In this document: one piece after another, positions 12,910-25,300 of the stretch
Position numbering within the stretch: position 1 is the first letter of the stretch
Layout: every line of letters begins with the position of its first letter
Source: Hormiphora californensis
Lineage: Eukaryota; Animalia; Ctenophora
Direction: 5' to 3'
DNA: 64,000 nt
Assembly: GCA_020137815.1 (NCBI GenBank)
Contig: CM035353.1
Location: 2,418,001-2,482,000, forward strand
Translations under genes and position numbers: made by a program
Notes under the pieces: model-generated
What the model saw: only the letters and a program-made list of their open reading frames with translations
Told to the model about the DNA's origin: nothing
Database searches by the model: none

Positions 12910-13299
12910 ACTGTCAAATTTGGCAGCGCTGGCCTAATCTTATGTTTTGAAAGTTGGACACCGGCGCATTACAAATGCTACAAACAGGCTTCTGATGCAA
13001 ACCTTTTTTTCCTCTGTCAGTACTACACGGGACTTTCCTTGGAGATAGATATGAAATTGGTAACAATAAGTTGAATAACGTTCATATTTTATTTACTTTT
13101 ATTCATGTACTTGTTATAACAATGATCCAGAAACTACTTATCGTAAGAGTTAAATCACATGGATCGAACACGACAGGGCATGGGGCCGAACAGTTTTATC
13201 TTTACCCATTGTTCTATGTTCCGATTCGTTCACCAGGAGGAAGACTTATAATATTTGATCATTTTACATCATAGCTGCATCATTATTATTAATTTTAAA

Positions 13300-14440
13300 T
13301 CTGATTTCTGTCTTTTTTCTGAGTGATATATTGTCATAATTTGTTGGGCATTTCTATCATCTTTTTCATCATTTATGATTACAAGTTACAAATAATTTAC
13401 AGTGTTTCCACGTGCCAGCTGCAGAGAATGTTGGCGCAGAATATTTCTTATTTTTAGAATGATGAGTAATAATAGAAATAACATTTTCGCAAGGATTTTG
13501 CATACCATCCCCACCCACAGCTAGCCCCCTACGCGACGCAGCTACAAAGATATACCAGACGAATATGAAAAACAGGTCTGTGCTGACCCAAGGCACTGTT
13601 CTCGATTCTGCATGGGTCGAGGATAAGTAACGTGCAGTACCGTGCGGAGTTTACGACAGAGCTACACAAGAACATGGTGGAGGCATTATACCACCCTGAA
13701 CCATCTGCCTCCCGATCCCGATCCCCAACACCAGCACCATCGACGGCCCCATCAGAGATTTCTTTTGATTAATATGAACTAAGATTTATTATCACGGTTT
13801 AGTCTCTATGTTGTCCAAATCTCTCGCTCAATCACAATCCCAATCATATTATTGTATATTATTGTATATATGTATATTATTGTATAATTATTGTATTGTG
13901 AAAGAAGCCTGCATGATCGTATAATCGCTATCCATAGCTAGCCCCCTACGCGACGCAGCTACAAAGATATACCAGACGAATATGAAAAACAAGTACAGGA
14001 GAAACAGCTAGCCAAGTTGTGGCTCACAGGTCTGTGCTGACCCTTGAGTCATTAAAATATTTTCTATTCTTTTCTCGTTTCAGAGAGATCTATACAGTTG
14101 TATTGATTGTAGGTGCTACGTACATTATTACTCCAAACCCTATGAACACTCTTCAAACTATTCTCCATGCTGAAGACATGCACAATGTTGGCCAAAGCTA
14201 TTGTTTTGGAGTTAAAGCCTAGCATTTGTTTCGAAGTCGACCGTGTTGATTTATATGATAACCCCATGTTGGATTCTATTTTTTTCTAATTGATATGTCA
14301 TCTTTGAAATATTATTTATTGGGCATTTTTTGTCATCTTTTCCATATTTTAATGATTACAACTTGCAATACTAAGTTTTTTCACGTGCTGGCTGCAGAGA
14401 ATGTTAGCACAGAGTCTTGTAGGAATATGTCTAGAAAATA
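13300..14440 (-). pseudogene. Possible MULE-like transposase remnants (two diverged copies)
   Basis: The minus strand at ~13400-13440 gives FCANILCSWHVE and at ~14370-14420 gives LCANILCSQHVKK, resembling the MULE CxxH motif. The flanks have many stops. Confidence 0.3.
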
Positions 14441-14625
14441 AAAGGAAGTACAGGAGAAACAGCTGGCGAAATTGTGGCTTACCTGTAGCTGATGGCTGCT
14501 ATTGTTAACTCTCAGGGTGTACTAGACGGTCATTGCCACGTTGTGCTGTCATTTATTTGTCTTTTATTTCACATAAACAGAGAGATGTAAGATGAGACCT
14601 TGCTAACACACATCTTCTATTACAG

Positions 14626-15571
14626 AAGATCGACCAAGGGGAAACCGAAAAACAGTACATTGTCTGTAAGGTTTGTACCTCTGTTCAATATGAGGTACCC
14701 GGCAGAGTAAGCCAGATAGGCAAGAAGGGAAAAGCCATTACAACCCACCAGTGGACGGCCGTTGTCCAGAGAGTCAGACAGCACCTCGACAATTTAAACC
14801 ATGAAAAAGAGGAGGCAAGACATTTGGACAAGGAGTTCAAAAAAGTATCACAGGTAATTCCATTAACTATTCAATTATTCAGGTATCTAGCTAGCAACTA
14901 CACAAAATTTCGCATTCTAATGATTTCAACCACTGTTATGTTTCGTAATACTGAATAACTTACAGGCTACCCTGGCCAAAGAGAACATTGTAAGAGTGGC
15001 ACTAAACAACGTTAACCACGGCTACTCTTACCGGTCCTGTGAGGACAACATGGTCACACTGAATGACTGCCTTGCCGAGATAGGGGACACTTCGCATGGC
15101 CGGGACATACCCCCCAAGATAGTTGACACTGCTGATAAAGTGTTGAGGGAAAACCTGAACGACTACATCAGGACATCTTCCGACACCCTGGGGTTCCGTT
15201 TGCCATACTCATTAGTGATGGACAAAGACCAGTCGAAATGCAGGTAGATACTAAAAATCATGTTTTACTGATGCCCTGTTTTATTGATTTACTGTTTCAA
15301 ACACTGAAATTCTACAAACTTTAGAGCTTAACTAATCATTTACATACTCCCTTTCAGAAAAAGAACCATCCTCTGCATGAAGCTGCCTGACATAGGGGGG
15401 GAGCAGACCTGTCCCAAGTACGTGGGGAACCCTTCTGCCAAGGACAACAGTGGGGCTGGATTGGCGACCCTTGCAGTGAAGACGCTGAAGAGCCGTTTTC
15501 CTGGGCTGATCACCCATGGACAGTATGTTGGGGGATCCTTCGACTTCAAGTCACCTTCCTTTTGCTTTTAA
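14626..15571 (+). pseudogene. Spliced, 3'-truncated hAT-family transposase (TTF-like Zn finger + start of DDE domain)
   Basis: Exons 14626-14853, 14966-15243 and 15358 onward join in frame through GT-AG introns. They give YIVCKVC...W...VRQHLDNLNH, then AEIGDTSHGR...PYSLVMDK, then DNSGAGLATL...QYVGGSFD. The ORF stops at 15571, before the catalytic E region. Confidence 0.75.
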
Positions 15572-16036
15572 TATATCATCAACTTTTCATTTTTATAGTT
15601 CAGACTCCGTGTTTCTATACACCCCTCCCCTTCCTTCTTTAGCCCCCCCCCCCCTAACTCACCTTACTTCCTTATAGCCTTTATAGTCTACAAGTTACAA
15701 TTACATGGCCTGCGGGGACTGCCTAGGTCGAGCACCCTGCCCCAAAGACAGATGCAGAGTAGAGCAGGCCGGAGAGGAGAGAACCTCAGGAGGACCCTCC
15801 AGATTGATACCCACGCCCAATTAGTGGAGGCCGTGGAAGCCGGAGCTGAGGATGAGTCGCCAGGGCCGTCCAACCAGGGAAACAAACTGTTAACTAAATA
15901 GAAACAATAACACATAATTAGAAACAACCACAATTTAATAGAACCCTTATAAATACATATATTACTCCTATAGATTGGTGTACAGAGGGAAGATCCTTCA
16001 TCAGCCCAACCCCAGGGCAATGGTATACTTCGTACC

Positions 16037-16862
16037 GGGGGGGGGGGGGGGGGGGGGATCAACACTTAACTGCATGACACTCATGCCAGTTAGGGTGGGT
16101 GGGTTTACGAGGGGTCCGACAGTTAAGTTACAGTTTACACATTTAACTGCCTAAAAATGGGGTGTGTGGGGGTGTTTATATGGTTAAAATTTACCCAACT
16201 GCAATATAAATACAGTCGGACCCCGATTTAGGAAGGAGAAAAATCTTAAAAATGAGCTCTGATTGTGTATATTTTGTAAACATCATGCGGATGGACAAAA
16301 ATCCTCCGGATAGGATTCCCTGTAGGAATTATATTGCTCACTGCAATCACCCTAACTGTGATTACATCCAGTGGAGGTACAATATGGCCATCCACTATGC
16401 GGACAAAGATCCGTCAGCTCTGATTCCAACCGAAGATGATTCCAACCGAAGATGGCCAAAATACGAGCATCTGGGTGATGTATCGTCGGAAGAACTTCAG
16501 AAAGAGTAATTTTATAGTCAAGCGCTGAATTTTGATTTATTCAATTTTACTAAAAACATGTTGTTTCAAATGATTTTACTAGTGGTATCGGGTAGTATAT
16601 GGTACGGTCGTGATAACGATATTGGATCGGGCATGCTATTGGGTCATTAGTTCATTCCTTTTAATTTAAGACACAACATGTACGATTCTTAGTGTGTCTT
16701 GTGTTTGGGGGGTGGGTATACATTTTCAGATGAAACTGCAGTTAAGTTCGGCACCTAAGTGCAAAATATGTGGGGGATAGTGGTAGTTAAATTGTTTTTG
16801 AAAATTTCGCAGTTATCGGCATGAGTGTCATGCAGTTAAGTGCTGACCCCCCCCCCCCCCCC
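16037..16862. mobile_element. Unclassified TIR element with poly-G/poly-C ends
   Basis: G21-ATCAACACTTAACTGCATGACACTCATGCC (16037-16087) is inverted relative to GGCATGAGTGTCATGCAGTTAAGTGCTGA-C16 (16818-16862). Internal AACTGC/GCAGTT motifs are present. No clear TSD. Confidence 0.75.
16252..16509 (+). CDS. Short Cys/His ORF (possible atypical Zn finger fragment) inside the TIR element
   Basis: PCRNYIAHCNHPNCDYIQWRYNMAIHYADKDP has a C-x4-C...W.YN...H arrangement. Confidence 0.3.
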   Translation: MSSDCVYFVNIMRMDKNPPDRIPCRNYIAHCNHPNCDYIQWRYNMAIHYADKDPSALIPTEDDSNRRWPKYEHLGDVSSEELQKE

Positions 16863-17029
16863 TCGAATACAACAATGTGGCGGTCTCACTCACCAGGAAG
16901 ACAAGAGAAATAAGAAGGAGGTTAACAAAACCTGAACATGTGCAGCATCACTGCCGACAAGTGTTGACAATGACACCTCGTGTCGCAGGTAAGGTTTTGT
17001 AATTTTGTACTTCCAACTTCTTATTCAAT

Positions 17030-17623
17030 ATTCATTTTATTCAAATTAAGTTACTAATTAATTAGATATTATAAGACATTTCTCTCGCAGAAAACGGCTG
17101 GAGAATTAGGGGGCTATGAGGATGCTCTAGAAAACTTCAGGGGAGGAATATACACTATACGACACAGAATAGCCACTGATGCACACTACCTACATAGGGG
17201 CGAATTGGGGGCTAAGGAATCGAAGGAAACACAGCTCCTCAGATGATGACAAGAGTCGAGGGGATCGAGAACACGCTCAAGGTGGTTCTCGAAAACCAGG
17301 AGAGGATATTGGCGTATTTGCTTAGTAAGTAGTAAGTATGATTCATTTTATTCAAATTAAGTTTCTAATCAATTAGATATAATAAGACATTTCTCTCGCA
17401 GGAAACGGCTGGAGAATAAGGGGGCTATGAGGGTGCTCTAGAAAACTTCAGGGGAGGAATATACACTATACGACACAGAATAGCCGCTGATGCACACTAC
17501 CTACATAGGGGCGAATTGGGGGCTAAGGAATCGAAGGAAACACAACTTCTCATGATGACAAGAGTCGAGGGGATCGAGAACACGCTCAAGGTGGTTCTCG
17601 AAAACCAGGAGAGGATATTGGCG
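17030..17623 (+). repeat. Tandem duplication (~285 bp) of an acceptor plus exon-like segment
   Basis: 17030-17314 and 17341-17623 are near-identical. Both contain TTTCTCTCGCAG followed by a coding-like read TAGE.GGYE.ALENFRGG...MTRVEGIENTLKVVLENQERILA. Confidence 0.9.
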
Positions 17624-17705
17624 ATGATGGGAAATGTTTTAAAAAAACAGGAGGAGCCGGCGAGAAAACTTCTGAGTAAGTTGTATAATATTAATATCCA
17701 CATTA

Positions 17706-18077
17706 ATGGTAATTAGTTGGCGGGACATGTGGCGGCACAGACGGGCGATTCACCAGAAACAGGCCTTCCCCTGTCGATACAGGGCATGTGATGGGGAATT
17801 CCGGTCGATCGAGGAACGGGACCAGCACCACTCCCGAGACCACGATCAAGGGAATCATCAGTGTACGGAGTGCTACATGTCCTTCATGTACCTGTCCGAG
17901 CTACAGGAAATAGTTAGCCGAGTAAACGACACAGCAGATGTTGGACCATTGCTGGCGGATTTGGTACGGATTGTGCACACGTACCCAAATCATCACAAGG
18001 GTGGACAATTAGAAACTAATGTTGGACGACTTGTTTATAGGCAGGCCATGATCAGGTTTCTGTTTGGCATTATGTGA
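17706..18077 (+). pseudogene. C2H2 zinc-finger gene fragment
   Basis: RHRRAIH-QKQAFPCRYRACDGEFRSIEERDQHHSRDH-DQGNHQCTECYMSFMYLSELQE: one complete and two partial C2H2 fingers. Confidence 0.65.
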
Positions 18078-19224
18078 AAGCAAGGACCAGGGAGAGCAGT
18101 CAGGGAACACAGGCCCAACCATAGACGACACCAAGGGGAACATCGACAGACCAGGTGTGCCCAGATCAGGTGGGAGATTAACTTTAGTTTAATATTTATT
18201 TAAATTTATGTAATTCATACTTGTAATAACAATGATCCAGGAACTTGCAGTGGTTCGAACTACTATTATATGTACTTTTCGGAAGATTACCTGTGCCGGG
18301 TTTCAATTCAATTCAATTGTTAAATTAGACACCCCGCAACACTATGTGGTCAAAACGCGCATTTGTCCGATAGGAATCCTCCGTTTTGAGGGGTTTTGCG
18401 CGATTTTGTTAGGCGCTTTCAGGGAGCGTGCACGCTTGCGTGTGCTGTCAAACACCCTGGAAATTGTGTAGCAGTTGTAGGTAATCGTCTAAAGATCATT
18501 TTGCTACCCATAACTTGGCTGAAAGTGCGGCAGGTTTTGGACAGCACGGCATCAAAGTTCGTCCTATAGCCCAAAAACTGGCTTCTGTTCAAAGCGCAAC
18601 CTAAATTTTGGTATCAAAAGAAAGCTAGGGGGCTAGAGATTACTATGCAACCTTTCCATCGCAACCGGTCCGATGCGGTCATGTATCAAATGCGACATTT
18701 ATGCTAAAAAAGCGCTTGTCAGCGCTGGTTTTACACGTAAAAACGCGCAACGAGGTTAGATCTTGGTCAAAATTGAGCCTCTACTGCGCGTTTTCTATCA
18801 AAATCACTAGATCTCGCGAGCCTATCGGACATGACCACATAGTGCGCAAGTTGACTAAAATAGTTATGAGATAAACGGAAAAACAAAGAAAAGAACTCAC
18901 GATTAAAACGCCAGAGCTCTCAAACCAGCCTTCTTATGTGACACAAATCACGATTCACAATGTCGCTGGGTGTAGAGGTGCTTCTAACCTCAGTCCGAGT
19001 ATGCTAAAAATCAGGAACTTGTAAGTTTCAGATACTTTGGGAACAACTGTTACGGCTTACATGTAATGGGGTCGGTGGAAATTTTTTTAGCGGGAAAATA
19101 AACTACACAACTTGGCAAACGTTGCTGGCCCCCAGCGCGGGATAAGGCAGCGCTTTTCAACTGTGCAACCCAATATGTCTCGTTTTAAATAACTGTCGAT
19201 TTTTAGAGTTTTCAAATTTCTTTA

Positions 19225-19372
19225 AATGACTATAAGACCGGTTCCTGATGAGATAGAGACTTGGAATTTAGAGGTTACGAAGATCTTGATAAGCTCTTCC
19301 GAACCTCCAAATTTCAAGTCTCTATCTTATCAGGAATCGGAGATATGACACATTTTGTTAATTCAGGGGTGT
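19225..19372. mobile_element. Internal fold-back fragment of the Kolobok-type MITE seen intact at 53909-54126
   Basis: CCGGTTCCTGATGAGATAGAGACTTGGAATTTAGAGGTT...AACCTCCAAATTTCAAGTCTCTATCTTATCAGGAATCGG closely matches 53970-54075. Confidence 0.8.
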
Positions 19373-19514
19373 GACTAGACTTTTGTGTGATTCTATCTTG
19401 TGAATATTCAGTGTTCAGTTTATGCTGTTTTCATTAACTTATTAACTATTTATTAATTATATTTGACAGTTTATGCTGTTTTTTAATTAACTTATTAACT
19501 ATGTATTAAATTAA

Positions 19515-20066
19515 ATGACAACGAGGACTTTCGGAAGGACATTGATACGAAGATGTGCTTTAGAAAGCGAGTTTTGATCGAAAGGACGCTTTAAAGGTCC
19601 CCCCAAACTACTATGTCCCTTGCTGTGCGCGACCGGATTTTAGACGGCCATAGCTCCACCCCCTGATAAGATAGAGACTTAAAATTTGTTTTCTAGGGAG
19701 ATCATATCGAGTTCTTTGTACAAAACAAATTTCAAGTCTCTATCTCATCAGGGAGTGGAGTTATGACCGTGAGAAATTTTACAAAACCCGAGTGAGGGAC
19801 ATAGTAGTTTGGGGTGTACTTTAGTATAAGTCGATGGAGATAAACACTTTTCGCTCAAAAGCGATTTAAATGTCTGGCTCCAGAAAGCAACAGGATCCTC
19901 AGAACACTAGCAGGAAAGATGGCAAAGGAGCATGGGAATAACTACCGTGAGGCAATAGAATACCTCAGACTCCGCATCCGGTTCGCAATCCTGAGTGTGT
20001 CTGATAGCACTGCGAGGCACGCGAGTGAAAGTCCATCATGCACCCATAAACAATGTGGACCTTAAC
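19515..20066 (+). pseudogene. Degenerate 3' end of a CRE-like (RLE) non-LTR retrotransposon, interrupted by a MITE
   Basis: GLAPESNRILRTLAGKMAKEHGNNYREAIEYLRLRIRFAIL..CLIALRGTR aligns with the C-terminus of the 54638-55427 protein (GVGPEMDRAIKKTAKLIENKHGEIYSEALAAIRRRLRFCLLIATLRSLRGCR). Confidence 0.7.
19595..19820. mobile_element. Kolobok-type MITE
   Basis: TTAA|AGGTCCCCCCAAACTACTATGTCCCT ... AGGGACATAGTAGTTTGGGGTGTACT|TTAG. An internal inverted repeat shares the CCTGAT(A/G)AGATAGAGACTT motif. Confidence 0.75.
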
Positions 20067-21669
20067 CTCATCTGAACATTTGTTAGAACATTTGTTAGAA
20101 TTTATATTTTGTACAGTGTGTAGGCATGAAGATATGGAGGCCCGAAAAACGTGTTGCGACGCGCATTTTGCGACGCGCATGCGACGCGCACCAAAGTGGT
20201 CATTTTTGGAAAAATTGATTTTTTCGATTTTTTTTAAAGACAAGTTTTGACAAGTTTTGACAAGTTTTTGAAAAGTTTCTAAATAAATCAGGTATGGGTC
20301 GCCCCATCCCCATGATATACATGAATAAAGATGTTAGTCTTCTTGGTTGAAATGCGCTACAGCCCTCTCATGCGCGCGTCCCCTTGTAAAGAGGCCTGCA
20401 GCGTATGCCGAGCTTCTTGGAATTTAACTTTCTACTTTCTAGGTTTTTGAGTTAAAGTTCAATCTGAAAAGTTGTCATGCGCTGCCGTCTGCAGCCTACC
20501 GACAATTATGTGCGTTTCTGATTGAAGAAGATTAGCCTTTTTCCCACGATTTGCTAACGTTTCTATTTAATGCCACCTGCCTGGCGCCGCAACCCCATCT
20601 GAGCACAAATGGGGATAGCGATGCCGCCATGCAGATGGCCACTAAGGAAGACCTCATGCGGTGAACTGCTGTATGGAGTGCGGTGAAAAAGTATGAAATT
20701 GCCTTAGTTGATGAGTCCCAGAGACCCTTCACACATGGGATTGAGCTGCTCAGGTACGCTCCAACATCTCAAAATCTTTTCTCTCCAGCGGGGTCGTTAA
20801 CGATACATGACTATCCATGTCTGGAAGGTTTTTCACGAATTAGTTCTAAACGGCACTGGTATCTTGTGAGCACACCTGTCTTGGTACCAGAGCAATGGTC
20901 CCCCGCTACAATTAGCTCGCTCAAAAATCCATATCTGGCCCTTATGACTTATCATTCGATTTTAAAGGAGCGCACCCTAGTAAAGGTCGCGCGGGCAATT
21001 ATGGTGAAAATTGGCCAATCTACAAACATTAATTCGCGAATCCTCAACAATATTGGCCAATCTTCGCTGGATGCGCAAATAGATTGGCCAATCTTCGCTG
21101 GCCATGGCTGAATTTCACAGCTGTTTCGCGCGCACACAACCCAAGATAACTGGTTTCGCGCCCCACGTCTATGCCACTCGATGCTCGCCAAATACCCCGG
21201 TAAGGGATCAGCCGATGATGCTATTTGAATAATGTTACTTTGCTGGCAACATGCTTCCAATGAGATTCAATAACATGCAGCAATGTGAATTGAGATGATC
21301 CAATTATGAAATGTTACTTTTCGGTAATCTGGTACAGTCTTATCGGTGCAGTGATACTATACTGATGTTAGGGATCAGAATGATTTGAAAAGTAGACACC
21401 AAGAGGATTGCAGAACACCCGGAATTTTGATTTTAGCATAACGGGAACCATTTCCTCCCCATGGCGCCCTTTTTAGGGACCAAAACGAGGTCAGGGCCAG
21501 AGGGTACTCGCGAAATACGGTCTCTGCGCCCCCAGCGACTCTCTCGACAGACACAAATTGGGTCGAGGAGAGTTAAAACTTCCTCAGAAATATTCAGGTG
21601 TTTTTGAATGACCGATATGAAAATTCAATTAAATGATATATATACCAACTAAAATTTAAAATTACAAGA

Positions 21670-21748
21670 GCGGATTTGGCTCAGTTGATAGCAGCTTGTC
21701 TGTCACCCTCAGGGCGTCGGGTTCGAGACCAGAGCATCGACCCTTTTT
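21670..21748 (+). ncRNA. tRNA(Asp)-derived Pol III cassette (pseudo-tRNA) inside the CCC-TIR element
   Basis: GCGGATT, A box TGGCTCAGTTG, loop CTGTCAC, B box GGTTCGAGACC and T5 terminator at 21744-21748. The stems are poorly paired. Confidence 0.65.
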
Positions 21749-21925
21749 CCATATTTTTTAAAAACATTTAGGAAATTGGCACAGTATAGTGAATAGATTG
21801 GTTCAATCGAAAAATAAGAATGAACTGCCCCATTTTCAAATTAGAAAACACTTTATATGAATTTCATAAATAAACCACCGTAATCCGGCTATAATCGTTC
21901 ATGCGATTAAATGAGTTATTTGAAA

Positions 21926-21963
<38 letters not shown>

Positions 21964-21964
21964 T

Positions 21965-22009
<45 letters not shown>

Positions 22010-22140
22010 TTCTCTCTCTCTCTCTCTCTCTCTTCCTCTCCTCTCTCCTCCTCATGCTCCTCTCCTCCTCGTCCCTCTCCTCTCCTCTCTCTACTCATCT
22101 CAGTCTCACTCTCATCCCTCTCTCCCAGTTCCACTCCCTT
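21926..22140. repeat. (CT)n microsatellite degrading into a pyrimidine tract at the contig end
   Basis: Read directly from the sequence. Confidence 0.95.
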
Positions 22141-22216
22141 TCGGAAACGTCTTCCCCCAACTGGCCTTCCGGGTTCAGTCTTTACCGTAAATCTAATCGT
22201 ATCCCTATTTTCGAAA

Positions 22217-22316
22217 NNNNNNNNNNNNNNNNNNNNNNNNNNNNNNNNNNNNNNNNNNNNNNNNNNNNNNNNNNNNNNNNNNNNNNNNNNNNNNNNNNNN
22301 NNNNNNNNNNNNNNNN
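22217..22316. other. Assembly gap (100 N)
   Basis: Run of exactly 100 N. Confidence 1.
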
Positions 22317-25300
22317 TATCGACCAACACACATGTCGACCCGTGTGAATGCAACGAATATACTGCTTGAAGAAATGAATTGATACATGTGTACGGGGTAG
22401 TGCAAAAACCATTATTTTGTGTAATCACTATCATTAACTTAATATTATATCAGCCCAGGCATGCGCCATTTAGTATTAACCGAATCTAACTACCCCTTTT
22501 CATGAAAGCCGTACAAACAGACTATTTTTTAATGTTCAGTAACAATCCGTCTCAAGTACCGAGTTCTTTAGCACGCACGAAAGAGCGCTGCCCAATCTAA
22601 AATGTTATATTGTAATGTATATCAGAGATAATAAATAATAAATAAAGTGTTTCGCAAATAGATTCCTTGTTTCCTACCTGTTTAATGCCAGCTGCAATTT
22701 TACGGTATCTACACATAACCAAATCCTAATTAATTAACTAGTGACCTCCCAGTGATAGCCCCCAACATGCTCTGAACAACCCCTTATCAACCAAAGAGGT
22801 AGGAACATACGAGAATTATTGAAATGTCCCGCTATGCTTATTTAATGTGCGACCCCAACGCCGATGAAACCAGTGCCTGAAGGATGCAAGGAGAAGCTCT
22901 GGTTGGTCCGAGTACTATGCATGCCACACCATGTACATGCCAACGATGAAAAAGGCAACCTTCACATAACCTACGATATAATATTTAATTTACAGATTGT
23001 ACTTAAAAAACGTTAATTTATTTATTATTTATGGCAACTATTATTCGTCGCTTATCTTTGGTGACAAATCAATTACAATAACTCGAACCCGGACAATAGC
23101 TCAAGAGCAGCCTCAGAGGCACGGTAACACCGGCGGCCAAGGAGCGGAACAACCTGATTATAATTTATTCTCATCTGTTTCTCAAACTTAATTCAGCTGT
23201 TGTAAGTGATATTATTGCGATGTGAAGATACGAACGGCATAGCATATACCTGATAATAATCATTCATCAAGAAAGCGATTCGTGACTTATCAGCTCAGCC
23301 AAAAGTGATGAATTGCTACAGCATAACACAACTAACCGCGTAGAGATGAACCCGTTTATGATGATGAGTTAGAAGAGTTACTATCGACTTCTAACGCCCT
23401 TGAAATGGCCAGAGCAAGGAGCCTACTTTACAACCTTCCCCGATGGATCTAGAGGCCTTTAAAATACGATTTATTTCACTTGTTTACTTAACTAAATCAG
23501 ATTGCCAGGAGGCAAATGAACAAGTCAGGTAAGCGTCCGGAAGAATGCTACAATAATGGAAAAAGTGTGGTCAAGATGAATGCTGGAAAGAAAACATATA
23601 AAAAGTAGGGCTAAAAAAAGCCTGTGAAAAAAGCCGCACCCACCAACATAAAAAGCCATCACTCAAAATCAGGGTACTTTGCTTTTTTTAGTGGATGGCC
23701 CCCCCCAGTCTACCATTCAATGTTTTGTCATATCATGGGGCAGGGTGCGGTACTACCCTAAATTTCCCTGTCATTCAGAAAACGGCACGGATCAGACGCA
23801 ACATCCCCCCTGCCTCCCACAGATACCCTGTGCCAGAGACTCGCAGAGGAAGTTATACTGCCCAGTTACATTCAATTTTTATGTCATATCATTGGGTGGG
23901 GGCGGCGGGAGGGGAGGCGGGGGGATTTCACCCTAAAATTCTCTCCCTTACTCACTAATTCATTCTCCATTTAATAATATCCCCGCCTCCTTCACTTTGA
24001 GGAAACTTCGACGCCCAAGACGCTACACCCTGCCAGCCCTCCATGATGATCCCCTGCGAGAACGAGTATATTTGCCCAGCTCTACCATCAATTTTTACTT
24101 CACTATTGGGAGGGTATGCCTACCATGCGACTATAACAGACTAAACAAAGAGGGTAATGAAAAACACTTCATCTCTATCCCTCTATCTCTCTATCTGCTT
24201 CTTGGTTGATATCTATGAAAAAACTAAACAATCTAGATATTTGAGCTCAAAGTGAACAAATTATTATTACTCAGGATTGCAAGCGAAGGCTACAAGGTCG
24301 TTCTTCGCCGACGCGCACGACGATGGCATATCAATGTTGCCCCCCCCCCTAAGTGACGAATGACGATTGCCAGAAAAGGGACACATGAGTAAGAACCCCT
24401 TAGAGCAAACAGATAGAAAAGTCATCACCTAGCGTTTATTAATTATCTGAAGACCACGGTTCTCAGACTCAGTATGTATGTTATCCTTCAAATATTAAAA
24501 AATTTGTACCATCCGAGGTATTATATTGCCCACCTGTGACATCACACAATTGAAGTCATAAATAGTGACCATAGCCACAGCACAGGCGCTGAAGAGGAAT
24601 GGGGAGTCAGAGGTCCGACTGTATTATGTTACAAAAGGTTAGACTGAGAGAAACAATGGAGAAAGGCTAATGGTGCGAGCAAAATGAATTATGATCATCA
24701 ATATTCCTAAATGACTAACTTGGAAATAACTTCTCTTGATGAGGTGACTCCCATGTTATGGCAGCAAGGAGCTGCTGTAGTTGTTTACTTCCTTTTTAAA
24801 ACAGCAACTCGTTTAACCAGACTTTAATATCAATTTATTTTATTTAAAACGTTTTTTAGCTGTGCCCCCACTAAGGACACACTAGACTAAGAGTTCGGCG
24901 AAAATAAAGAATAAACCCATTCTATGAGATTGGGTAATCTGCAAGTCGCCAAAAGAAAAAACCCAAAAAAGAAAATAAGCCCACCGTGGCGCCCAGGTTG
25001 AGGACGCCTCGGGGTTGCGCTGGAAAGCAAGAATGGATTATGTAGTGAAAGCGGCAACCAACGCAAACTCACCTCTGATCCTCATGCACCAGAAACGCAG
25101 ACTCCCTCCCATGGAAACACGTCACATCCGGTTAAGACCCCTGATCCTATCTACAAACCAATAACGTAACTATAACATCGTCTGCGACATTCCTGACAGC
25201 CAGAGGGGTGATGTGCGATAGAGATGCAGCAAATAAAAAAGACCATTCCAGAGTCGACATACGATATATTTGAGCGAAACAGTTGAAAGTCATCGAGACC

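Noticed and set aside
18290-19160. Additional TIR element
   Set aside because: It has a TE-like internal inverted motif (ACTATGTGGTCA...TGTCCGATAGG at ~18340 and ~18820), but I could not define termini or a TSD.
20683-21111. 142-aa ORF, repeated at 56013-56333
   Set aside because: It lies in the subterminal region of the ISL2EU-like element, has a GTG start and no known motif, and its C-terminus changes with the nested insertion.
21901-22434. ORFs rich in LS/ER repeats (also part of 61280-61849)
   Set aside because: They are translations of (CT)n microsatellites and the N gap.
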